Positions 1 through 11,044 of a stretch of DNA of 12,671 nt are shown here, in pieces (positions within the stretch are counted from its first letter, which is position 1; each line of letters begins with the position of its first letter). A model generated the notes under the pieces. The model was not told the DNA's origin, did no database searches, and saw only the letters and a list, made by a program, of their open reading frames with translations. A program made the translations under genes and the position numbers. This stretch comes from Kofleriaceae bacterium (lineage in GTDB: Bacteria > Myxococcota_A > Polyangia > Haliangiales > Haliangiaceae): the NCBI GenBank assembly GCA_046597055.1, contig JBKJLC010000091.1, positions 1 through 12,671 of the forward strand, written 5' to 3'.

Positions 1-106
1 ACTGCGGCGCGCTCACCGAGACGCTGCTCGAGAGCGAGCTGTTCGGCCACGAGAAGGGCAGCTTCACCGGCGCGATCAAGCAGAAGCTCGGCCGCTTCGA
101 GCTCGC

Positions 107-116
<10 letters not shown>
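1..116 (+). other. Inverted fragment of a second sigma54-activator (bEBP) AAA+ coding sequence
   Basis: The frame from nt 3 reads [38 protein letters not shown], loses homology after about nt 116 and stops at TGA 150-152. Nt 1-109 is the reverse complement of 153-261 with 7 mismatches. Confidence 0.85.
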
Positions 117-870
<754 letters not shown>

Positions 871-871
<1 letters not shown>

Positions 872-2361
872 CACGGTTCCTTCAGCGTCGCGCGCACCGC
901 GGAGCGTCCCGGCAGCATCACACGAAACCGGGTCTCACCGTCCTCGCACGTGACCTGCACCTCGCCGCCATGGGCGCGCACGATCTCGTTCACGAAGGCG
1001 AGGCCGAGGCCGGTGCCCTGGGCCCGGGTGGTGAAGAAGGGCTGGAACATGCGCCCGCTCACGTCGGCGGTGATCGCGGGGCCCCGGTTGACGACCGTGA
1101 GCTCGACCTGGTCGCCCACGGCGCGGGCACCGATCGTCACGGCCGGCCCGCGCTCGGCCCCGGCGGCGGCGGCCTGGACCGCGTTGTGGACCAGGTTGAT
1201 CAGCGCGCGCCGGACCTGCCCGCCGTCGGCGTGGAGCGCCACCGTCGACTCGCCGACGATCACGACCTCGATGCCGGCAGCGCGGGCGTCGGGCGAGGCG
1301 AGCTCGGCGACCTCGCGGACCAGCGCCGCGGCGTCCAGCTCGCCCGGCTCGGGCGGCGGCCGGCGCGCGTAGTCGAGGAAGTCGCGGACCACCCGCTCGA
1401 GGTGGCCGACCTCGCGATCGATCTTCACCGCGTGGCTGGCCCGGTCGTCGCCGGCGAGCTCCTCGCGCAGGATGCCGGCGTAGAGCTGGATACCGGCCAG
1501 CGGGTTGCGGACCTCGTGGGCGATGCCGGCCAGCATCTGCTGGGTGCGGGCGTCGCGCTCGGCGAGCTGGCCGCGCATGGTCTCCATGGTCGCGGCAAGC
1601 ACCCCGAGCTCGTCGCGCGAGGTCGGCGCGATCACGGCGGCGAGGTCGCCGCCGCCGATGCGCGCGGCCGCGGTCGCCAGCAGCCGGACCGGTCGGGTGA
1701 TCAGGAGCGCGGCCAGCCAGGTCGCGGCCAGCACCAGCCCGGTCAGCCCGATGCCCCACCAGACCAGGCTGGTCCGCAGATCGTCGAGGCGGGCGAAGTA
1801 GGTCGCGGGCGCCTCGGCGCCGATCGCCAGCACGACCTCGGGCTCGGCCTCCGAGGCGCGGACCGGCGCGTAGCCGGCCTTGACCCGGCGCCCGTCGTCG
1901 GCGGTGAAGGTCAGCGACGACGCGCGCCCGCCGGCGAACACCCGCTCGAGATCGACCCGGTCGAGATCGGCCTGGTAGTAGCGGGTGCCGATCGCGACGC
2001 CGGGCCGGGTGTCGGCCCGCGAGGTGAACGTCACCGGGTCGCCCAGCTCCGCGCCCGGCTCGCGCGCGAACACGTACAGGCGGGCGCCGGTCGCCTCGGC
2101 GACGGTGCGCAGCTTGGCGACGATGTTGAGGTGGGCGCGCTCGGTCTCGTGCCCCTCGCGCAGCGGCACCAGGTACTTGCCGCGGACCTGGGTCGCACCG
2201 GCGGCGGCGATCGCCTCGAGCCGCGTGCCCAGCTCGGCGTCGAGATCGGAGCGGGTGACCTCGAGCGCGACCACCGCGAAGACCGCGAACAGCGCCAGCG
2301 TCGGGACCGCGAACGCGAGGAGCAGCTTGACCAGGATGGTCGCGCGGGGACGCAGGCGCAC
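871..2361 (-). CDS. Membrane sensor histidine kinase (2 TM, periplasmic domain, HAMP, HisKA, HATPase_c)
   Basis: Two hydrophobic segments, HAMP-like [20 protein letters not shown]...DELGVLA, H-box AHEVRNPL, N-box [10 protein letters not shown]-box MFQPFFTT, G2 GTGLGL. GTG start. Its TGA overlaps the regulator ATG (TGATG at 873-869), indicating translational coupling. Confidence 0.95.
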
Positions 2362-2497
2362 GGGACGGCGAGGCTATCAGACGGCAGGGCGTGGCAGCCG
2401 CCGCGCGGGGGCGTGAACCGGCCCGACCGCGCACGCCCGGCCTCCACCGGCATGCGAACCGGATGCACGGGCGACCGAAGCGTGCGATCGTCGCGCC

Positions 2498-5818
<3,321 letters not shown>

Positions 5819-5824
5819 CCACCG

Positions 5825-5844
5825 GCCGAGCCAAGGTGCTCGGC
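5825..5844 (+). terminator. Possible GC hairpin after the AAA+ gene
   Basis: GCCGAGC-caaggt-GCTCGGC, a 7-bp stem 6 nt after the stop; no U-tract. Confidence 0.3.
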
Positions 5845-5909
5845 GGCGTGGCGGTGCCAGGCCCGCCGTCGCATCACGTGATCCCGACGCACCACGAGGA
5901 CGAGGCATC

Positions 5910-5960
5910 ATGCCCAAGGCCATCTGGAAAGGGCGTACGGATCGAGCCGTGAGCGCGTGA
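5910..5960 (+). pseudogene. 16-codon ORF or gene-start remnant (MPKAIWKG...), resembling DUF427 or Ku N-termini
   Basis: Strong SD-like GAGGACGAGG just upstream, ATG at 5910, MPKAIWKGRTDRAVSA then TGA at 5958-5960. Confidence 0.35.
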
Positions 5961-6057
5961 GCGAGGTGCGGGGCCCCGCGGACCCGCCGGTCCGTGCGAT
6001 CGGGTCGGGCCGGACCCGCTGGCCGGCGCGCCTCGCCCCGCGTCTGCGGAGTTACGG

Positions 6058-6074
6058 CTGGCACGTGTCTTGAA
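6058..6074 (+). promoter_or_regulatory. Sigma54 (-24/-12) promoter
   Basis: CTGGCACG-TGTC-TTGAA versus consensus YTGGCACG-N4-TTGCW. Spacing is exact, with a GA variant at -12, about 20 nt upstream of the lipoprotein ATG. Confidence 0.6.
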
Positions 6075-6093
6075 ATATGGTCGCGACACCAAC

Positions 6094-6660
6094 ATGAAGT
6101 CCCTGACCCTGACCCTGGCCGCAGCGCTCTCGCTCACCCTCATCACCACCGCGTGCAAGAAGAAGGAGGCCGACGGCGGCGGGGCGACCGCCGCCAAGAC
6201 CGCCGACAAGGCCGTCGACAAGGTCGCGGCCGCCGCGGCCAAGCTCGAGTGGAAGAAGCTCGGCGCGCTCGGCGTCGAGGCCGAGCTGCCGGCCGACGCC
6301 ACCGTCGACGACAACACCGCCAACGCGGGCTTCCCGGCGGCCACCATCTGGGCCACCCCGACCACCTTCGTCACCGGCGGCGGCGAGATGTCGCCGATGA
6401 AGGCCGACCTCGACGGCGCCAAGGCGGAGATCCAGAAAGATCCGAACCCGTTCAAGGCGTTCACCAAGGAGGACAAGACCGACGCCGGCTGGCACCTCGA
6501 GTACGAGCTCGAGAGCATGGGCGACAAGGCGAAGATCTACGGCGTCAGCATCCGCGCCACCATCGACGGCAAGCCGTTCGACTGTGGCAGCAACACGCGC
6601 GACGCCGCCGAGCGCGACAACGTCATCAGGATCTGCAAGTCGCTGCGCAAAGCGGGGTGA
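6094..6660 (+). CDS. Hypothetical lipoprotein (188 aa)
   Basis: ATG 6094 MKSLTLTLAAALSLTLITTA-C (SPII signal and lipobox), Ala/Lys-rich tether, globular domain with two C-terminal Cys (FDCGS...RICKS). High GC at third codon positions. Confidence 0.88.
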   Translation: MKSLTLTLAAALSLTLITTACKKKEADGGGATAAKTADKAVDKVAAAAAKLEWKKLGALGVEAELPADATVDDNTANAGFPAATIWATPTTFVTGGGEMSPMKADLDGAKAEIQKDPNPFKAFTKEDKTDAGWHLEYELESMGDKAKIYGVSIRATIDGKPFDCGSNTRDAAERDNVIRICKSLRKAG

Positions 6661-6681
6661 CCCAGGCGGCCCGGCCGCCGC

Positions 6682-7746
6682 TCACGGGAACAGGGGCGCG
6701 GCGGTGAGCCCGGTGGTCTCGGGCCAGCCGAGCGCCAGATTGAGGCACTGCACCGCCTGGCCGGCCGCGCCCTTGACCAGGTTGTCGATCGCCGACATCG
6801 CGAGCACGCGGCGCGAGCGCGGATCGAACACCGCGGTGACGTGGCAGCGGTTGGAGCCGCGCACGTACGCGGTGTCGGGGAGCTGGCCGACCGGCAGCAC
6901 CGAGACGAACGGCTCGCCGGCGTAGGTGTCGACCAGCGCGTTCCGGTAGGCGTCGGCCGGCCGCGAGGCATCGGTCGGCGTCGCGTACACGCACGCCAGG
7001 ATGCCGCGCGAGATCGGCAAGAGGTGCGGCGTGAACAGCACCGTCAGCTCGGCGCCGGCGGCGAGCGCGAGCTCTTGCTCGATCTCGGGGGTGTGACGGT
7101 GGGTGCCGCCGACCTTGTAGGGCCGCATGCCCTCGGCGGCCTCGGGCAGGTGGGTGGCCAGGCCCGGCGTGCGCCCGGCGCCCGAAGCGCCACTCTTGGC
7201 GTCGATCACCAGGCCGGTGGGCTCGACCAAGCCGCGCTCGAGCAGTGGCGCGATCGCGAGGATCGACGCGGTCGGATAGCAGCCGGGCACCGCGACCAGG
7301 CTGGCCCCGGCGAGCGCCGCACGATGTCGCTCGGGTAGGCCGTACACCGCCTCGGCCAGCAGCGCCGCCGCCGGATGCGCGGGGTGATCGCCGCCGCCGT
7401 ACCAGGCCGCCCACGCCGCCGGATCGTGCAGCCGGAAGTCGGCCGACAGATCGAGCGTGCGGACGCCGCGCGCGCGCAGCTCGGCGACCACCGCGGCCGA
7501 CTCGCCATGCGGCAGCGCAGCGAACGCGACGTCGGCCTCGCGGGCGACCACGTCGGCGTCGAAGGCCGTCACCGGCAGCGCGCACACCCCGGTGAGATGC
7601 GGGAAGACCTGGTCGAGACGCTGGCCGGCGGCGCGGCGCGCCATCACCGCGGTGATCGTCACCCGCGGATGTCCGAGCAACAGACGCAGCAGCTCGGCGC
7701 CGGTGTAGCCCGACGCGCCGATGATCGCGACCCTGACCGAATCCAT
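6682..7746 (-). CDS. argC: N-acetyl-gamma-glutamyl-phosphate reductase
   Basis: IIGASGYTGAEL Rossmann motif, LDLSADFRL, catalytic VPGCYPT, SGASGAGR, HRHTPEI, DNLVKGAAGQAVQ. Confidence 0.98.
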   Translation of the reverse strand: MDSVRVAIIGASGYTGAELLRLLLGHPRVTITAVMARRAAGQRLDQVFPHLTGVCALPVTAFDADVVAREADVAFAALPHGESAAVVAELRARGVRTLDLSADFRLHDPAAWAAWYGGGDHPAHPAAALLAEAVYGLPERHRAALAGASLVAVPGCYPTASILAIAPLLERGLVEPTGLVIDAKSGASGAGRTPGLATHLPEAAEGMRPYKVGGTHRHTPEIEQELALAAGAELTVLFTPHLLPISRGILACVYATPTDASRPADAYRNALVDTYAGEPFVSVLPVGQLPDTAYVRGSNRCHVTAVFDPRSRRVLAMSAIDNLVKGAAGQAVQCLNLALGWPETTGLTAAPLFP

Positions 7747-7754
7747 GGGGCGGC

Positions 7755-7760
7755 AGCATA
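7755..7760 (-). promoter_or_regulatory. Putative -10 element for a (near-)leaderless argC transcript
   Basis: TATGCT on the minus strand 8 nt before the ATG; no SD in between. Confidence 0.4.
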
Positions 7761-7845
7761 ACGCGCGACGCCCGCTCAGCGAACCCGCGGGCTCGGCGTC
7801 GTCTCGGATGCGACGGCACTGGCGCCGCCGCGCCGTCGGCAGCGA

Positions 7846-8343
7846 TCAGTGACCGTCGACCACGTCGGCGCCCTCGATCGCGCACACCGAGCCGGGCTTG
7901 CACGTCGGCGTGCATCGGCCGCCGGGGCACTCGAGCGAGCACACCGCGCCCTCGTCGCACGTGAGCCGGCACCCGCCGCCGTCGCACTCGGTGGCGCACA
8001 CGCTGCCGGCCTGGCAGGTCACGTCGCACTTGCCGTCGGGGCAGCTGTAGTCGCACACCGCTCCCGGCGCGCAGGTCGCCTTCTGGCCCTTCGACAGCTC
8101 CACCGAGATCAGCTGGTGGAGGTTGCCGGGACCGAGGTCGAAGTCGAAGTCGAAATCGAAGTCGCGGTCGATGTGGCGGCCCCGGTGGTGCGATCGAACC
8201 CGGGTGACGACCTCGTCGTCCTCCTCCGCCTCGGTGATGAGCGACGCGGCGACCGGCGGTGCCGCCGGTGCCGTCGACGGCTGACGCACGACGTGCGCGG
8301 TCAAGGACGCGAGGAGAAGGACGGCGAGAATGATGCGCTGCAT
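7846..8343 (-). CDS. Exported Cys-rich repeat protein (paralogue 2, 165 aa)
   Basis: ATG 8343 preceded by GGGAG; hydrophobic N-terminus MQRIILAVLLLASLTAH; DRDFDFDFDFDL tract; C-terminal 64-aa domain with 14 Cys in 19-aa repeats (nt 7882-8073). Confidence 0.85.
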   Translation of the reverse strand: MQRIILAVLLLASLTAHVVRQPSTAPAAPPVAASLITEAEEDDEVVTRVRSHHRGRHIDRDFDFDFDFDLGPGNLHQLISVELSKGQKATCAPGAVCDYSCPDGKCDVTCQAGSVCATECDGGGCRLTCDEGAVCSLECPGGRCTPTCKPGSVCAIEGADVVDGH

Positions 8344-8374
8344 GGGAGCTCCCGGAGTTGTTCCGTTCTCCCGA

Positions 8375-8401
8375 GATGCCCACGATGGCGGGCCGGTTGA
8401 C
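8375..8401 (-). promoter_or_regulatory. ECF-sigma-like promoter, copy 2
   Basis: GTCAAC-N16-GCATC, ending about 31 nt before the ATG at 8343. Same motif and spacing as at 8974-9000. Confidence 0.6.
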
Positions 8402-8421
8402 ACCGGCGCGTGATCGCGTCG

Positions 8422-8937
8422 TCAGTCGTTGTCGGGATCGCAGGTCGAGCCCGGCGCGCACACCGCCTGGCAGCCGCCACCATCACAGTCGAAGTCGCAG
8501 GTCGCGCCCGCCGCGCAGACCATCTTGCAGTTGCCGCCGTCGCAGTCGGCCTCGCACGCGCTGCCGCCCGCGCAGGTGATCTTGCAGCCGCCAGCCGGAC
8601 ACTCGAACTCGCACGCGCCGCCGCCCGGGCACACGCCCTTGCCGCCGGCCGGCAGCGACGCTTCGACCGCGCCCGCGCCACCGTGATCGCCGCGGCGTCC
8701 CCGCGACCGATCGTCGTCATCATCGCGATCGTCGTCGTCCTCGTCGTGGTGATCGTCGTCGTCATCGTCGTCGTGACGATCGTCGTCGTCCTCGTCGTGG
8801 CGATCGTGATCGTCGCCCTCTTCGACGTAGACGACACCACCGGCAGGTGGCGGGGGCGGCTGGGCCGGTCCGCTCGAGCGGACGGCGCACGCGCCAAGCA
8901 ACAGGACGGACAGGCCAAGGCCAAGCAGACGGTTCAT
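8422..8937 (-). CDS. Lipoprotein with Asp/His-rich tract and Cys-rich repeat domain (paralogue 1, 171 aa)
   Basis: Lipobox LLGA-C, poly-Pro linker, DDHDRHDEDDDDRHDDDDDDDHHDEDDDDRDDDDD, then a 64-aa 14-Cys repeat domain (nt 8440-8631). Confidence 0.88.
   Translation of the reverse strand: MNRLLGLGLSVLLLGACAVRSSGPAQPPPPPAGGVVYVEEGDDHDRHDEDDDDRHDDDDDDDHHDEDDDDRDDDDDRSRGRRGDHGGAGAVEASLPAGGKGVCPGGGACEFECPAGGCKITCAGGSACEADCDGGNCKMVCAAGATCDFDCDGGGCQAVCAPGSTCDPDND
8726..8800. repeat. 24-nt exact direct repeat in the Asp/His tract
   Basis: CGATCGTCGTCGTCCTCGTCGTGG at 8726-8749 and 8777-8800 (period 51 nt, encoding HDEDDDDR twice). Confidence 0.85.
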
Positions 8938-8973
8938 CGAGCCCCCAGATGCGCCGGACGGCGACAGCTGATC

Positions 8974-9000
8974 GATACCTCAACCGGTCGCCCGGTTGAC
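8974..9000 (-). promoter_or_regulatory. ECF-sigma-like promoter, copy 1, overlapped by an inverted repeat
   Basis: GTCAAC-N16-GTATC, ending about 36 nt before the ATG at 8937. Perfect IR TCAACCGG-N4-CCGGTTGA at 8980-8999. Confidence 0.6.
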
Positions 9001-9011
9001 CGGCGCTCGCC

Positions 9012-9051
9012 GAAAACAGTGACGCCCGCGCGGCGAATGCCGGCGGGCGTC
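9012..9051 (-). terminator. Intrinsic terminator of rplM-rpsI
   Basis: Minus strand GACGCCCGC-CGGC-attc-GCCG-c-GCGGGCGTC (9+4 bp with one bulge) followed by ACTGTTTT, about 70 nt after the rpsI stop. Confidence 0.75.
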
Positions 9052-9060
9052 GACGTCAGG

Positions 9061-9106
9061 GTGGCCTGAGCTCGTCGAAGAGAGGTGTCCTGAGCCCGTC
9101 GAAGGG
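9061..9106. repeat. Two tandem REP-like units
   Basis: GTGGCCTGAGCTCGTCGAAG (9061-9080) and GTGTCCTGAGCCCGTCGAAG (9085-9104), 18/20 identical. They resemble the widespread intergenic repeat CCCTTCGACARGCTCAGG as I recall it. Confidence 0.65.
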
Positions 9107-9120
9107 CCCAGAACCGACGA

Positions 9121-9522
9121 TCAGCGCTTCGAGAACTGGAAGCGAGCGCGAGCGGCGCGCTGGCCGTACTTCTTGCGCTCCTTCTTGCGAGGATCGCGGG
9201 TCACGTAGCCGACCGCCTTCAGCTTCGGGCGGAGATCGGCGTCGATCTTCATCAGGGCGCGGGTGATGCCGTGGCGCACCGCGCCGGCCTGGGCCGAGAT
9301 CCCACCACCGCGAACGGTGACGTGGACATCGTACTGGCCCATGAGGTTAACCTCCTCGAAAGGCTGACGAATCACCATCCGCGCGGTCGGGCGGCGGAAG
9401 TAGTCCTCGTCGGTGCGGTCGTTGATCAGGAACGTCCCGCCGCCGGGCACCAGCCAGACGCGCGCGATGGCGGTCTTGCGCCGGCCCGTGGAGTAGATCT
9501 TCGCAGAGGTCGCAGTGGCCAT
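9121..9522 (-). CDS. rpsI: 30S ribosomal protein S9
   Basis: ATG 9522 [22 protein letters not shown]...[19 protein letters not shown]...[26 protein letters not shown]. Confidence 0.98.
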   Translation of the reverse strand: MATATSAKIYSTGRRKTAIARVWLVPGGGTFLINDRTDEDYFRRPTARMVIRQPFEEVNLMGQYDVHVTVRGGGISAQAGAVRHGITRALMKIDADLRPKLKAVGYVTRDPRKKERKKYGQRAARARFQFSKR

Positions 9523-9544
9523 GGTCTCTTCCGTTCCGTCCGGT

Positions 9545-9988
9545 TCAGATGGCGAGCGGACGGGGCTGCTGAGCCTGATGCTCGTGCGCCGCGCCGCGAT
9601 AGATCTTGAGCTTCTTGATGATCCGGCGACCGAGGGGGCCCTTCGGGAGCATGCCCCACACCGCCTCGCGGATCGCACGCTCAGGCTCGTCCTTGAGCAC
9701 GTGCTTGGCGAGCTTGGTCTTGAGACCGCCCGGGTAGAGCGTGTGGTGGTGATACACCTTCTGGTCGGGCTTCGAGCCGGTCAGCTCGGCGCCCCCAGCG
9801 TTGATCACGATCACGAAGTCGCCCATGTCGCAATTGGGCGTGTAGGTCGGCTTGTGCTTGCCGCGCAGGACCATCGCAATCTTGGACGCTGCGCGCCCCA
9901 GGACCTGGCCCTGGAGATCGACGACGTACCAACCGCGCTGGGCCTCGCCCGCTTCCTTGCTCAGCCAGAAGCTCTTCTGCGTTTTCAT
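9545..9988 (-). CDS. rplM: 50S ribosomal protein L13
   Basis: [45 protein letters not shown]...YPGGLK...[13 protein letters not shown]; canonical position upstream of rpsI. Confidence 0.98.
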   Translation of the reverse strand: MKTQKSFWLSKEAGEAQRGWYVVDLQGQVLGRAASKIAMVLRGKHKPTYTPNCDMGDFVIVINAGGAELTGSKPDQKVYHHHTLYPGGLKTKLAKHVLKDEPERAIREAVWGMLPKGPLGRRIIKKLKIYRGAAHEHQAQQPRPLAI

Positions 9989-10035
9989 GACTTACTTGGT
10001 CCGTGCCCACCAAAAGACGGCGGGGGAAGGCGGAT

Positions 10036-10064
10036 CGTCTAACCGCTCCAGCCGCGAGAGTCAA
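10036..10064 (-). promoter_or_regulatory. Sigma70/SigA promoter of rplM-rpsI
   Basis: TTGACT (10064-10059), 17-nt spacer, TAGACG (10041-10036); 47 nt upstream of the rplM ATG. Confidence 0.6.
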
Positions 10065-10143
10065 GCTGCGCGTGGCTGAGGCGGCCGGGAACTGCGCGTG
10101 CGCGCTCGGCCGTGGTGGCCGCGCAACGTGGTAACACGAATCG

Positions 10144-11007
10144 GTGGCTGCCGTCGGATTCGTGCTCAAACCCGATACCGACGAGGCCCAATCATTACTT
10201 GCCGATCTCGTGGCCTGGCTGCGCCGGCAGGGCCACCGCGCGGTGGTGACCACCGAGGACCTGGTCTCGCCAGAAGGCGCCGAGATCGTTCCTGAATCGG
10301 ACATCGCGCGGCTCCCACTCGATCTGATGATCGTCCTGGGTGGGGACGGCACGATCCTCCGGGCGAGCCGCGCGGTCGCCGATTCGGCGATCCCGGTGCT
10401 CGGCGTCAACCTCGGGCAACTCGGGTTTCTGGCCGGGTTCGCGCCCGCCGAGGGTCAGGATGCGCTCGAGGCCGCCCTCGCCGGCAAGCTCCGGATCGAG
10501 GACCGCAGCCGGCTGCTGGTGACGCTGAGGCGCCGCGACGGCGAGCCGGTGACCCGGACCGCGCTCAACGACGCGGTCATCCACCAGGGCGCGATGGCTC
10601 GCATCGTCGACGTCCAGGCCTGGATCGACGACGCCTTCGTCGCCGCCTACCGGGCCGACGGCCTGATCGTGGCGACCCCGACCGGGTCGACCGCCTACAA
10701 CATGGCGGCCGGCGGCCCGATCCTGACCCCGGGATCGTTCGGCATGACGCTGACGCCGATCTGCGCGCACTCGCTCACCAACCGACCGCTGGTGGTCCCC
10801 GCTTCGTCGATCATCCGCTTCCAGCTCGGCCCGGATTCGCGCGGGGTGGTGCTGACGGTCGACGGCCAGTGGGCGCACTCGTTCCTCGCCGGCGACCGGG
10901 TCGAGATCACCGCCGCGGCGCGCCCGCTGCGGCTCTACGCCGGGCCCAAGAGCTACTTCGACGTCATGCGCGACAAGCTCCACTGGGGCCTGCGCGGCGC
11001 CCGCTGA
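10144..11007 (+). CDS. nadK: NAD(+) kinase
   Basis: LGGDGTIL, GVNLGQLGFL, ALND, ADGLIVATPTGSTAYNMAAGGPI, TPICAHSLTNRP; upstream of recN as is typical. Confidence 0.97.
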   Translation: MAAVGFVLKPDTDEAQSLLADLVAWLRRQGHRAVVTTEDLVSPEGAEIVPESDIARLPLDLMIVLGGDGTILRASRAVADSAIPVLGVNLGQLGFLAGFAPAEGQDALEAALAGKLRIEDRSRLLVTLRRRDGEPVTRTALNDAVIHQGAMARIVDVQAWIDDAFVAAYRADGLIVATPTGSTAYNMAAGGPILTPGSFGMTLTPICAHSLTNRPLVVPASSIIRFQLGPDSRGVVLTVDGQWAHSFLAGDRVEITAAARPLRLYAGPKSYFDVMRDKLHWGLRGAR

Positions 11008-11044
11008 CGCCTCACTCGGCGCGAACGCGGTCCAGGCGCCGATA

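Noticed and set aside
6665..6679. GGCGGC-ccg-GCCGCC hairpin between the convergent lipoprotein and argC genes
   Set aside because: A 6-bp all-GC stem with no U-tract is expected by chance at this GC content; not enough to call a terminator.
6626..8461. 611-aa Arg-rich minus-strand ORF
   Set aside because: Alternative frame overlapping argC and the Cys-repeat gene; low complexity.
7882..8631. Cys motifs as c-type heme, ferredoxin or RiPP precursor motifs
   Set aside because: No CxxCH or CxxCxxC spacing, the proteins have export signals, and no radical SAM or other modifying enzyme is nearby.
8410..9069. Plus-strand ORF with a long Val/Ile hydrophobic run resembling a membrane protein
   Set aside because: The run is just the reverse complement of the Asp/His (GAC/GAT/CAC) codons of the lipoprotein.
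9061..9104. Direct repeats as a mini-CRISPR
   Set aside because: Only two 20-nt units with a 4-nt gap; no spacers and no cas genes.
9523..9678. N-terminal extensions in the ORF track (rpsI from 9678; also 6070 and 8403 starts)
   Set aside because: Homology, signal peptides and SD positions favour ATGs at 9522, 6094 and 8343.
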